Below, one piece after another: positions 53,926 to 63,504 of a stretch of DNA of 64,000 bases. Position numbers and translations under genes: made by a program. The stretch is taken from positions 2,039 to 66,038 of the forward strand of contig JAZDFV010000013.1 of the NCBI GenBank assembly GCA_043807585.1. Direction: 5' to 3'. Position 1 is the first letter of the stretch. Each line of letters opens with the position of its first letter. The stretch is from Candidatus Jorgensenbacteria bacterium. GTDB lineage: Bacteria > Patescibacteriota > Minisyncoccia > UBA6257 > GWB1-50-10. The notes under the pieces are model-generated. The model saw only the letters and a program-made list of their open reading frames with translations, was not told the origin of the DNA and searched no databases.

Positions 53926-55473
53926 TCATTTGATCCTCAGTTTTTCGATTGCCGGAAGAAATTTCGGGTCGAGCTGTTTTGCGGCTTCCCAATACTTTCT
54001 TGCGCTCTGCATATCGCCGGCGTTTTCGTAGTTGTTTCCGAGGTTATAGACGGGAATTGGGTTTTGCGGGTTCAGCGCGATGGCATGCTCATAAGCATCG
54101 TGCGCTTTCGGGATATCTCCCTTGTCCTCGTAGGCCATCCCCAGATTATTCCAGACGCGCAAACTGGTCGGAGCGTATTTCAGGGTTTGTTCGTAGAAAC
54201 CTATCGGGTCCCGCCAGTCGGCGTTCCTCAAAACGGTTCTCACCCCGAGGGAGATGAACCAAATCGCCAATAGTCCGCCCGCGGTCCACCTCATCCAATC
54301 TTTTGTCCACGCCGCCCCCATTATCTCCGCGATTCCCGTTCCGGCAAAGATGGACAACCCGACTATCGGCGCGTACAGGTAATGTTCGAACATGATGCCG
54401 GCCACGGGAGCGAGAATGCCCGACGCCGGCAGGATGGCAGCGGCGAAGAAAAGCGTCCCGAAAAGATATCCCTTCCTCTCCTTGAATCGGGCGATGGAGA
54501 AGAGAAGCATTATGAGCGCGATGATCACTCCGGCCAGCGCATAAGGATTGAATAGCGAGGTTACGACGAGAATGTTTTCCGTTCGCTCCATGAAGAGCGT
54601 TATGGGGGAGAAAAACAGCGAAATGTATTGCGGCAGGATCGAAAAGAAGGTGGAAGTTCTCACCATCATGCTCGTCGTATAGACATTTTCGGCGTGGTAG
54701 ATGTTGAACGTGTTTTGAAAATTGAGCACCGTGCCGCGGAGCGCAAGATAGAGGGCGGCGATGAGAACGAACGGCAGGAGCGCCAACGCCGCGTTCTTGC
54801 ACCAGTCCCGGAAACGCTCCACATGCGGACGGACCAGCCGAAGCCAGAGTTCCAGGAGGACGAGCAGGGCGGGGAATACGACCGCCCGCTCCTTGGAGAG
54901 AAGCGCGAGGATGAAACAGAGCGCCGCGACGCCGTAAGAAAGCATGGCTCCCCGGTTCTGGTATTTTGCCCTGAAGCGCATATAGGCAGCGATGCCCAAC
55001 AGCGTGAAGAGAAGGGAGAGCGGATCCCCGAGGCCCGTGACGTAGGTCACCGCTTCTGTTTGGAGCGGGTGGATGAGAAAAATGAGCGCGGTGAAGAACG
55101 GCACCGCGCGCCGCGCGAGCAATTTTGATAGGAGCAGAAAGACCAAAACGGCGTTCGCGAAATGGACCAGGAAATTCACCGCGTGATAGCCAGGCGCCGA
55201 TGCACCCCACAGTTTCCATTCGATGGAGTACACCGTGAGGAGAACCGGGCGCCAGTAGTCGCTCATGAAGCCCGCGCCCTCTATCATGTTTCCGGAGAAG
55301 AATTTTCCGATCTCGAAATTATGGACATACGCATTGTTCAGGATGACGTCGTTGTCGTCCCAGAACATTTTGTTGTTGAGGGTATTGGCATAGACCGCTA
55401 TGCCGGCGATGAAAAGAACCGCCACGGCGGCGGTGGTGGTGCGTGTAACGACGAATTGCCGAAGAGCGTGCAT
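53926..55473 (-). CDS. Polytopic membrane protein with C-terminal TPR repeats (TMTC/PMT_2-like putative glycosyltransferase)
   Basis: ~11 TM segments, then TPR 'AYEDKGDIPKAHDAYEHAIALNPQNPIPVYNLGNNYENAGD'. Confidence 0.6.
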   Translation of the reverse strand: MHALRQFVVTRTTTAAVAVLFIAGIAVYANTLNNKMFWDDNDVILNNAYVHNFEIGKFFSGNMIEGAGFMSDYWRPVLLTVYSIEWKLWGASAPGYHAVNFLVHFANAVLVFLLLSKLLARRAVPFFTALIFLIHPLQTEAVTYVTGLGDPLSLLFTLLGIAAYMRFRAKYQNRGAMLSYGVAALCFILALLSKERAVVFPALLVLLELWLRLVRPHVERFRDWCKNAALALLPFVLIAALYLALRGTVLNFQNTFNIYHAENVYTTSMMVRTSTFFSILPQYISLFFSPITLFMERTENILVVTSLFNPYALAGVIIALIMLLFSIARFKERKGYLFGTLFFAAAILPASGILAPVAGIMFEHYLYAPIVGLSIFAGTGIAEIMGAAWTKDWMRWTAGGLLAIWFISLGVRTVLRNADWRDPIGFYEQTLKYAPTSLRVWNNLGMAYEDKGDIPKAHDAYEHAIALNPQNPIPVYNLGNNYENAGDMQSARKYWEAAKQLDPKFLPAIEKLRIK

Positions 55474-55556
55474 AATGCGGAATTACTGCGCCGGTTACCG
55501 TTCTCTCGCTCTATTATTCTCTTGCATTCACAGTTCCCGGACCTCGTCCTATTGAG

Positions 55557-58500
55557 CTAAAGCTCACGGACCTCGTCGCAGATGAGCTTCGGTTCCTCGT
55601 CGCGCCAAGAGAGGCGCCCGGAGACCATCACCGCCTTGTTCTCCTGCCACACCAAGGGGTGCTTCGTGAGCGTGTCCGAAAAGACAAGCACTTCCAGGTT
55701 GTCAGAGAGATCTTCAAGCGTCACAAAGAGCATGGGTTGCCCCTTCTTCGTGGTGATGCGCTGGATGCCCGAGATGATGCCGGCAAGGCGCAACCGCGGG
55801 CCGCTGCCGTTCCCGTTCGGGACCTGGGGGAGTTTCGCCACCTCCCTCAAGGGTTTCACCTCTTTTCCGATCTTCGAGAGGTAGGCGTTCCATGGGTGGT
55901 CGGTGAGGTAGAGGCCGAGGAGTTCTTTCTCCCACATGAGCATGAGCGACTTGTCCGCCGGCGTGCCAGGGCGGAGGCGCACAGAGGCAAGGGAAACGCC
56001 GCCGCCAAAGAGGCAGTGCTGGTTTGAAGCGGCAAGTTTTTTCGCGCTTTGGTTGAATCGGATGAGATCGTCGATGCTGTCCAGAACCTGGCCGCGCTCC
56101 ACACCCAAGGAATCGAACGCCCCGCACTTTATCAAACTTTCCAGCGACTTCTTGTTCATATCGCGGTGCTGGATGCGGCGGAGGAAATCGGAGAGGTCTG
56201 CGAAGGGGCCGCCGCGCATCCGTTCCTCAATGACGGCATGGACGATGTTCGCGCCGAGGTTCTTCACGGCGAGGAGTCCGAAGTGAATATTTGAGCCATC
56301 CATTGTGAAATCCTCCGCGGAGGCATTCACGTCCGGCGGGAGCACTTTAATGCCGAGCCGCTTCGCTTCGCCGACGAGGAAGGTGATTCGTTCAATGTCG
56401 CCGGAGGAGATATTGAACAAGCTCGTCATAAATTCCCCCGGGTAGCGCGTTTTGAGGTAGGCGGTCTGGTAGCTTATCATCGCGTAGCACGCGGCGTGCG
56501 AGCGGTTGAAGCCATAGCGGGCGAACGGCGGGAAGAGTTCCCAGATGGCATCGGCGGTCTTGGGCGGGATGCCGTGGGCTGTCATGCCATTGATGAGCCT
56601 CTCCTTCTGCTCGTTGAGGAGCGATTTTATCTTTTTCCCGATGGCCTTGCGGAGCGTGTCGGCTTCGGCGAGCGTGAACCCCGCGAGGTCGCGCGCGATC
56701 CGCATCATCTGCTCCTGGTAAATGCCGACGCCGTAGGTATTTTTCAAAATCGGTTCAAGGCGCGGGTGGAGGTAGGTAATTTGCTCCTTCCCGAATTTGC
56801 GCTTGATGTAGTGGGGGATGAGCTCTATCGGCCCCGGGCGGTAGAGCGCGATCATCGCGATAATGTCCTCAAGGGTCGTAGGTTTTAGCTCCTTGAGGTA
56901 CCGTGTCATGCCGGCGCCCTCCAGCTGGAAGACGCCGGTGGTCTCGCCTTTCAGGAGAAGCTTAAAGGTGTCCGCATTGTCCAAGGGAATGGCGTCAATG
57001 TTTATGTCCTCGCCGTGGAGTTCGCGCACGAGGCGGAGCGTCTTTTCAATGACTGTGAGGTTCTTGAGACCCAAGAAATCCATCTTGAGGAGCCCGAGGT
57101 CCTCCACACAGTAGAAGTCGAACTGGGTGATAATAGTGTCCTCTCCCTGCGGCGCGCGCTGGAGGGGGAGAAAATGCACGAGCGGTTCAGGAGATATAAC
57201 AACTCCGCATGCGTGCACGGATGCGTGTCTTGCAACGCCTTCAAGTTTTTTTGCGGAATCAATAAGGTGTTTCGCCTCAAGGTCTTTTTCGTAAATATCT
57301 TTTAGCTCCTTAACATTTTTAAGGCACTCATCTAGCCAGCCTTCTTTCATTCCCTGCGTCGGGTTAAACGGTATGAGTTTCGCTATTGTGTCGCAGAACG
57401 CATATGACATTCCGAGCGCGCGACCAGCATCGCGGATGGCGGCTTTCGCGGCCATTGTTCCGAATGTGATGATCTGCGCCACCCGGTCCTTCCCGTATTT
57501 GTCGCGCACGTACGCTACCACTTCGTCGCGGCGCGTGTCGGTGAAATCAATATCAATGTCGGGCACCTGGATGCGGTCGGGGTTCAGGAAGCGTTCAAAG
57601 AGGAGATCGTACTTCAGGGGATCCACGTTCGTGATGCCGAGGATGTAGGAAACGATGCTCCCGGCGGCCGAGCCGCGGCCGGGGCCCACCACGATGCCAT
57701 GCGTCTTGGCCCAGTGGATGAAGTCCTGGACTATCAAAAAGTAGTCGGCGAAACCGGTCTTTTTGATTACCCCAAGCTCGTGGGTAATGCGTTCCCCAAC
57801 TTCCTTCGTGGCGTCCGGATAGCGCCCGGCGGTGCGCTCGCGCACGAGGGAGATGAGGTATTCGTCGGCGGATGTGCCGTCGGGCACCGTGAAGCGGGGG
57901 AGCTTTATTTTTCCGAGCTCGAGCGAGAAAGTGCATTGCTCCGCGATGGCGAGCGTGGAGGCGACCGCCTCGGGAAATTCCTTGAACGATTCCGCCATTG
58001 CGTCGGGGCTCCGCATAGAGACGTCGTAGCGCTTGAGGGAGAGGCGGTCCTCGTCATCCAGCTTGCTGTTGGTCTGCACCGCAAGGAGGATCTCGTGGGC
58101 GGTCTTGTCGTCCTCGCGCACGTAGTGGATGTCCTGGGTGCCCACGAGCGGTATGCCGAGCTTTTTTCCGAGTCCCGCCAAGGCGTGATGGAGTTCCGGG
58201 GTGTGCGGCTGGATCTCCAGATAGAAATCTCCGCCGAAGACGGAACGGTACCACGCGGCGATCTCTTCCGCCTCCGCGAACTTTTTTGCGGCGAGGAGCT
58301 TTGCGATCTCTCCCGAGTAGCAACCCGAGAGACAAATGAGCCCCTCGTGGTGCCGCTCGAGGAGCTCTCGGTCGATGCGCGGTTTGTAGTAGAACCCCTC
58401 AAGGTGCGATGCGGTGACGAGCGCGATGAGATTTTGCCACCCCGCGGCGTTTTTCGCGAGGAGGGTGAGGTGATAGCGCACCTCGTCGATCCTCGGGCGC

Positions 58501-58733
58501 TTTGAGAGGCGGCCGTTCGGGGCGAGGTATGCCTCCACGCCGAGGATGGGTTTTATGCCGGCCACTTTCGCTTTCTTATAGAACTCCACGGCACCGTAGA
58601 GGTTGCCGTGGTCGGTCAGGGCGAGCGCGTCCATCCCCAGTTCCTTCGTCCGCGTGATGAGGTCGTCGATTTTCGCGAGGCCGTCCAGGAGGGAATAGTG
58701 GGAGTGGGTGTGGAGGTGGACGAATTTTGACAT
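55557..58733 (-). CDS. dnaE: DNA polymerase III subunit alpha
   Basis: PHP domain from 'MSKFVHLHTHSHYSLLDG', polymerase core, OB-fold C-terminus '...EEPKLICDEVREL*'. Start set at the Met at 58733; upstream in-frame extension judged spurious. Confidence 0.9.
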   Translation of the reverse strand: MSKFVHLHTHSHYSLLDGLAKIDDLITRTKELGMDALALTDHGNLYGAVEFYKKAKVAGIKPILGVEAYLAPNGRLSKRPRIDEVRYHLTLLAKNAAGWQNLIALVTASHLEGFYYKPRIDRELLERHHEGLICLSGCYSGEIAKLLAAKKFAEAEEIAAWYRSVFGGDFYLEIQPHTPELHHALAGLGKKLGIPLVGTQDIHYVREDDKTAHEILLAVQTNSKLDDEDRLSLKRYDVSMRSPDAMAESFKEFPEAVASTLAIAEQCTFSLELGKIKLPRFTVPDGTSADEYLISLVRERTAGRYPDATKEVGERITHELGVIKKTGFADYFLIVQDFIHWAKTHGIVVGPGRGSAAGSIVSYILGITNVDPLKYDLLFERFLNPDRIQVPDIDIDFTDTRRDEVVAYVRDKYGKDRVAQIITFGTMAAKAAIRDAGRALGMSYAFCDTIAKLIPFNPTQGMKEGWLDECLKNVKELKDIYEKDLEAKHLIDSAKKLEGVARHASVHACGVVISPEPLVHFLPLQRAPQGEDTIITQFDFYCVEDLGLLKMDFLGLKNLTVIEKTLRLVRELHGEDINIDAIPLDNADTFKLLLKGETTGVFQLEGAGMTRYLKELKPTTLEDIIAMIALYRPGPIELIPHYIKRKFGKEQITYLHPRLEPILKNTYGVGIYQEQMMRIARDLAGFTLAEADTLRKAIGKKIKSLLNEQKERLINGMTAHGIPPKTADAIWELFPPFARYGFNRSHAACYAMISYQTAYLKTRYPGEFMTSLFNISSGDIERITFLVGEAKRLGIKVLPPDVNASAEDFTMDGSNIHFGLLAVKNLGANIVHAVIEERMRGGPFADLSDFLRRIQHRDMNKKSLESLIKCGAFDSLGVERGQVLDSIDDLIRFNQSAKKLAASNQHCLFGGGVSLASVRLRPGTPADKSLMLMWEKELLGLYLTDHPWNAYLSKIGKEVKPLREVAKLPQVPNGNGSGPRLRLAGIISGIQRITTKKGQPMLFVTLEDLSDNLEVLVFSDTLTKHPLVWQENKAVMVSGRLSWRDEEPKLICDEVREL

Positions 58734-58817
58734 GGGCTCTTGGTTCGTTTCTATTCTACGGCGGGTTATAATTTCTACAAGGTGCAAAAAACGAGAAAAA
58801 GTGGTGATATAAGAGAA

Positions 58818-59462
58818 ATGAGGATAATGCCTGTGGTGGGTATAGACGAGGTAGGGCGGGGGCCGCTTGCGGGGCCTGTCACGGTGGCGGCGGTAACGGC
58901 ATCCGCGCGGTTTTGGCGTTCGGCAAGGCGTTTTAATGTGCCGCTTCGGGATTCCAAGCGACTCTCGGCGCGCCAGCGCGAGGCGTGGCTCCGGCACGTG
59001 CGGGCAGAAACGGCTCACGGCACCGTCCGTTATGCTTTGGCGAACGTATACCCAAAGACCATTGACCGGGTGAATATCACGCAGGCGGCGAATCTTGCCG
59101 CCACGCGCGCATTTGCGCGTCTCGTGACACGCCACAATCTTCCTCTCGCGCGTACCAAAGTGCTTTTGGACGGCGGTTTGTATCTCCGTGAATCCGCGCT
59201 TTTTAAGCTTGGCTACGGGCGCACCCCAAAAACGATAGTGAAAGGCGACGAACGTCTTCCGGCGATCATGCTTGCTTCCATCGTCGCAAAGGTAACGCGC
59301 GATAGGGCGATGAGGCGACTCCATCGCCGGTTTCCGGTGTATGGATTTGACGAACACAAAGGGTACGGCACCAAGCGGCATGTGCGCGCCCTCAAAAAAC
59401 ACGGCGTGAGTAAAGCACATAGATTGACATTCGTTCATGTGCACCATACAATGAAAGGGTAA
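58818..59462 (+). CDS. rnhB: Ribonuclease HII
   Basis: 'GIDEVGRGPLAGPV' active-site motif. Confidence 0.8.
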   Translation: MRIMPVVGIDEVGRGPLAGPVTVAAVTASARFWRSARRFNVPLRDSKRLSARQREAWLRHVRAETAHGTVRYALANVYPKTIDRVNITQAANLAATRAFARLVTRHNLPLARTKVLLDGGLYLRESALFKLGYGRTPKTIVKGDERLPAIMLASIVAKVTRDRAMRRLHRRFPVYGFDEHKGYGTKRHVRALKKHGVSKAHRLTFVHVHHTMKG

Positions 59463-59560
59463 GTTTTACTCTGTATTTTTCAATTTTGATGCTTCGACTT
59501 TGCTCAGCATCAATCCTGAACTTGTCGAATGGATTGAGATTTTAATTTTAAATTACCGTT

Positions 59561-59740
59561 ATGACCCGCTTAAGCCATCACGCAAAATCAAAAGTAGGGA
59601 GACGCCGTTCGCAGCTCGCGATGAAGAAACTTTCCATCACCGTGTGCCCGAACTGCAAAGCTCCTACCTTCGCCCATCACGTGTGCTCCTCCTGCGGTAC
59701 GTATCTGCGCCAACCAAAGAAGAAACGGGCGGAAAAGTAG
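59561..59740 (+). CDS. rpmF: 50S ribosomal protein L32
   Basis: 59-aa ORF 'MTRLSHHAKSKVGRRRSQ...CPNCKAPTFAHHVCSSCGTY' with the zinc-ribbon L32 pattern. Not in the supplied ORF track (<60 aa). Confidence 0.65.
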   Translation: MTRLSHHAKSKVGRRRSQLAMKKLSITVCPNCKAPTFAHHVCSSCGTYLRQPKKKRAEK

Positions 59741-59961
59741 AGTTTGAACGTGTTCCGTCACCTCGCACCTTCCAACCCTTCCTCATTCTACCCCGCACCA
59801 TTTCCATTCATGATGAACGATAACACAACACGGTTAGAGCGAGTTCGCCTTTCGGCTCTGATGGAGCACCGGCAGAATTCCTGCCAGAAATGGTACGGGG
59901 TGCTCGTTTTTGCGGCTAAATTTCCGGCGCGTGCTCGCTTGGAAATTTAGATAAAAACGGC

Positions 59962-60390
59962 ATGGCCACCCGGCACCTTATCAGGACCATCGTGCTCCAA
60001 TCCCTCTATGAATGGGATTTTTACAAACACGAAAGCGATTTGGAAAAGATCATGGAGCGGAACCTCAAGGAGTTCGGGCCTGGGATCGATGAGCCGGAGT
60101 TCGCGTGGCGCATCGCAAAGGGGATCGTGGAACATCTCCCGGAGATCGACGGCATCATCGGAAAGGCGGCCCCCGAATGGCCGGTGGAACAGATCGCCAT
60201 CATTGACCGGAACGTCCTGCGCATCGGGCTCTACGAGTTGCTCTACGCCAACAAAGAAGAGGTGCCCCCCAAAGTGGCCATCAATGAGGCAATTGAGGTT
60301 GCAAAGAGCTATGGCGGGTTGAACTCGCCGAAGTTCGTGAATGGCGTCCTCGGGACCGTGTACCGCGAAATGGTGGCGCCGAAGGAATAA
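59962..60390 (+). CDS. nusB: Transcription antitermination factor NusB
   Basis: All-helical 142 aa; '[13 protein letters not shown]...'. Confidence 0.8.
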   Translation: MATRHLIRTIVLQSLYEWDFYKHESDLEKIMERNLKEFGPGIDEPEFAWRIAKGIVEHLPEIDGIIGKAAPEWPVEQIAIIDRNVLRIGLYELLYANKEEVPPKVAINEAIEVAKSYGGLNSPKFVNGVLGTVYREMVAPKE

Positions 60391-60516
60391 CTATGACCAT
60401 GACAATGACCATGACAATGACCATGACAATGACTATGACAATGAGAAACGATTACCATAACCATGACAAGGATTTTCTGACGTCATCGTCATCGTCATCG
60501 TTATTGTTATCGTAAT
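60391..60516. repeat. (ATGACN)n hexanucleotide array with complementary (GTCATC)n arm; spacer hairpin between nusB and rnc
   Basis: ctatgaccatgacaatgaccatgacaatgaccatgacaatgactatgacaatga ... cgtcatcgtcatcgtcatcgttattgttatcg. Confidence 0.75.
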
Positions 60517-60522
60517 TCACTT

Positions 60523-61227
60523 ATGGTTTCACTCGGCGACCTGGAAGAAAAAATAGGAGTTGCGTTCAAGAACCAATCGTTCCTCAAGGAGGCGCTTACC
60601 CACCGTTCCTATCTGAATGAGCATCCCCGCTGGGAGGTGCGGGACAACGAGCGGCTGGAGTACCTCGGGGACGCGGTGCTTGAGCTTGCGGTGACGGAGT
60701 TCCTCTTTCACACGTATCCCGACGAGGAGGAGGGGAAACTCACCAGTGTCCGCGCGGCGCTCGTGAATTACCAGATGCTCGCGCAGGTGGCGCGCGACCT
60801 CTCGCTTGAGCGATATCTCTATCTTTCTCGGGGCGAGGCGAAGGATGGGGGGCGGGCGCGGGAGGTGATACTCGCGAACGCCGTGGAGGCGGTGCTGGGC
60901 GCCGTTTACTTGGACCGCGGTTACGAGACGGCGAAGCGGGTGGTGGCCCGTATCGTACTCACGCACCTTGACGAGGTGATGGAGAAGAAACTCTACCGTG
61001 ATCCAAAGAGCGTGCTCCAGGAAGTGGTGCAGGAGGAGCTCAAGGCGACACCCTCATACCGTGTGCTTCGTGAGGAGGGCCCTGACCACGACAAACGGTT
61101 CCTCGTGGGGGTGTTCTTCGGCGAGCGGCAGGTGGCGGAGGGAGAAGGCCCCTCAAAACAGGAAGCGGAGGCCCGTGCCGCCGAGGCTGCCTTGGAATCA
61201 TTGAGCCACAAGAGTCGGTATCACTAA
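60523..61227 (+). CDS. rnc: Ribonuclease III
   Basis: 'ERLEYLGDAVLELAV' signature and C-terminal dsRBD. Confidence 0.9.
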   Translation: MVSLGDLEEKIGVAFKNQSFLKEALTHRSYLNEHPRWEVRDNERLEYLGDAVLELAVTEFLFHTYPDEEEGKLTSVRAALVNYQMLAQVARDLSLERYLYLSRGEAKDGGRAREVILANAVEAVLGAVYLDRGYETAKRVVARIVLTHLDEVMEKKLYRDPKSVLQEVVQEELKATPSYRVLREEGPDHDKRFLVGVFFGERQVAEGEGPSKQEAEARAAEAALESLSHKSRYH

Positions 61228-61235
61228 GAGAATCA

Positions 61236-63410
61236 ATGCTGAGTGTACTGAAGCGCGTGGAGCTCCAGGGGTTCAAATCGTTCGCGCCAAAAACGGTGCT
61301 TGAGTTCCCCTCGCGCGTGACGGCTATCGTGGGCCCCAACGGCTCGGGGAAATCCAATATCCTAGACGCGTTCCGCTGGGTCTTAGGGGAACGGGAGGCG
61401 CGGCAGCTTCGGGGCGACACCCTGGAGAATCTCATCTTTGCGGGAACTCCCAAGCGGTCCCCGGCCGGTTTTGCGCGCGTGAGTTTGCATTTTGACAACC
61501 GCAACCGCCTGTTCGAGCACGAAGCGGCGGAGGTGACCGTGGAGCGGAAGGTGGATCGCTCAGGCGTTTCGCAGTTCTTTCTCCACGGCGGAGAGGTGCT
61601 TCTCCGGGACCTCATCTCGGTGCTCGCCCGCGCGCGCCTGGGGAGCCGCGGCCTCACCATGGTGGGGCAGGGGCAGAGCGACATTTTCGTGCGCTCGAGC
61701 CCCCGTGAGCGTCGCGAGATGATCGAGGAGGTATTGGGGTTGCGCGAGTTCCGTTTGAAGAAAGAGCACGCCGAGCGACAGCTTGCCGGAGCCCTGGTGA
61801 ATATGGAGAAGGTGGCGGCGATATTGGAGGAGCTTACCCCGCACCTCCGTTTCCTCCGGCGCCAGCGGCACCGCTTCGAGCGGCGTGAGGCCATTACCGA
61901 GGAGCTCCGCACGCTCGAGAACCAGCACTTTGCGGCCCGCTACCACGAACTCCTCCGCGCGCGCGAGGCGCTCGAGGAACCTCTCCGCGCTCTCCGCGAT
62001 GAGATGGCCCGCGAGCGCACCGTGGTCGGCGAGGCAGAACGTACGCTCCACGCCATTGACCGGAAAACGGGAGACGTGGGTCGGGAACAAGCGCTCCGTG
62101 CGAAACTCACCCGCGCTATGGAAGAGCGCACGGTCCTGGAGCGCGAGCTCGCGAGGGTCGAGGCACGCATTGAATTCGCTGCGCACGCGGCAGCGCCCGT
62201 GGCACAGCAGAATTCCTCGGAACTTTTGGCGCTCGTCCGCGAACTCGCGAAGGACATTGAGTACGTGCTCGCGTGGGACGATCTCACGCGGGTGAAGGTG
62301 AAGTTGGAGGAGTGGGTAAAGAAGCTCCGCCGCGCGGCAGGGGAGGGTGCGGCGGCGGAGAAGGGGGATTTTCAAAAAGAGCAGTGCGACCTCAGGGAGA
62401 AGGTGAAGGCGGCGGAGGTGCTCGTGGCGAGCGTCCAGCGGGAAGAGATACAGCTCCGCGAGGAGGAGCGCAAGGCGAACCAGGAACTCCGGGCACAGGT
62501 GGAGCGCCTTGAGGCCGCGAAAGGCAAGCTCCGCGACATTGAACGGCGAATGCAGGAGGCGCAGTTTGAGGGTGAGAAGGTGCAGCTGAGATTTGAGGAG
62601 CTCACCCGCGAGTGGGAGAGCGCGGGGCGCGAGCGGAAAGAGCTTGCTGCGCTCCCATTTTCCGAAAACGCGACAGAATTGGAAGGCGCCGAGCGAAAGA
62701 TGGTACGCTTGCGCGGCGAAATCTCCGCGATAGGGGAAATCGATGAGGCGCTCGTCAAGGAAGCGCAGGAGACCGAGGCGCGCCACTCGTTCCTTTCCAA
62801 AGAGCTGGATGATCTCACCAAAGCAACGCGCGATCTGAAGAACCTCATCAAGGAGCTTGAGGCGAAGATACACCACGATTTCAAGCAGGCGTTCCGGAGC
62901 ATCAACGAGGAGTTCAATACCTATTTCCGTCTCATGTTTGCTGGCGGGCGGGCACATCTCCGGCTCGTTGTGCCGCAGCCCAAGGTTGTGGAGAGCGGAG
63001 GGGAGGGTGCGGCGGGAGAGGGAGAGCCGCCCCCGGCTCCGGTGGAAGAAGAACCCCCAGCAGACCCCGAGCTCTCCGCAGGGGTGGAGATCGAGCTCAA
63101 TCTCCCCAAGAAGAAAATCACCAGCTTGGACATGCTCTCCGGCGGCGAGCGGAGCTTAGTGTCTATCGCGGCACTCTTCGCCTTGATTGCCGTCTCCCCG
63201 CCGCCGTTCCTCGTGCTGGACGAAATCGACGCGGCGCTTGACGATGAGAACGCGCGCCGATTCGCCGAGCTCGTGAAAGAATTTTCGAAAAAGACGCAGT
63301 TCATCATCGTGACCCACAACCGCGCGACGATGGAGGTTGCCGATGTACTCTACGGGATTACGATGGAAGATGATGGTGTATCAAGGGTGCTATCTTTAAA
63401 GCTTGACTGA
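61236..63410 (+). CDS. smc: Chromosome segregation SMC-like ATPase, short form (724 aa)
   Basis: Walker A 'GPNGSGKSN'; ABC signature 'LSGGERSLVSIAA' and D-loop 'LVLDEIDAALD' at the C-terminus. Long coiled-coil with no obvious hinge. Confidence 0.7.
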   Translation: MLSVLKRVELQGFKSFAPKTVLEFPSRVTAIVGPNGSGKSNILDAFRWVLGEREARQLRGDTLENLIFAGTPKRSPAGFARVSLHFDNRNRLFEHEAAEVTVERKVDRSGVSQFFLHGGEVLLRDLISVLARARLGSRGLTMVGQGQSDIFVRSSPRERREMIEEVLGLREFRLKKEHAERQLAGALVNMEKVAAILEELTPHLRFLRRQRHRFERREAITEELRTLENQHFAARYHELLRAREALEEPLRALRDEMARERTVVGEAERTLHAIDRKTGDVGREQALRAKLTRAMEERTVLERELARVEARIEFAAHAAAPVAQQNSSELLALVRELAKDIEYVLAWDDLTRVKVKLEEWVKKLRRAAGEGAAAEKGDFQKEQCDLREKVKAAEVLVASVQREEIQLREEERKANQELRAQVERLEAAKGKLRDIERRMQEAQFEGEKVQLRFEELTREWESAGRERKELAALPFSENATELEGAERKMVRLRGEISAIGEIDEALVKEAQETEARHSFLSKELDDLTKATRDLKNLIKELEAKIHHDFKQAFRSINEEFNTYFRLMFAGGRAHLRLVVPQPKVVESGGEGAAGEGEPPPAPVEEEPPADPELSAGVEIELNLPKKKITSLDMLSGGERSLVSIAALFALIAVSPPPFLVLDEIDAALDDENARRFAELVKEFSKKTQFIIVTHNRATMEVADVLYGITMEDDGVSRVLSLKLD

Positions 63411-63504
63411 CATGGAGGAGCGTATAAGGTATTTCGTATAACGTATTAAGTGGAGGGGTGGGTACTACACGATCATGTAGTACCCTGTCATCAGAACAAA
63501 AACC

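Noticed and set aside
54146-55219. 357-aa minus-strand ORF in an alternative frame of the TPR membrane gene
   Set aside because: Arg/Pro/Gly-rich low-complexity product. The overlapping frame 53926..55473 gives a coherent multi-TM plus TPR protein.
61040-62957. Minus-strand ORFs of 290 aa and 465 aa
   Set aside because: Antisense to rnc and smc, both of which have diagnostic motifs.
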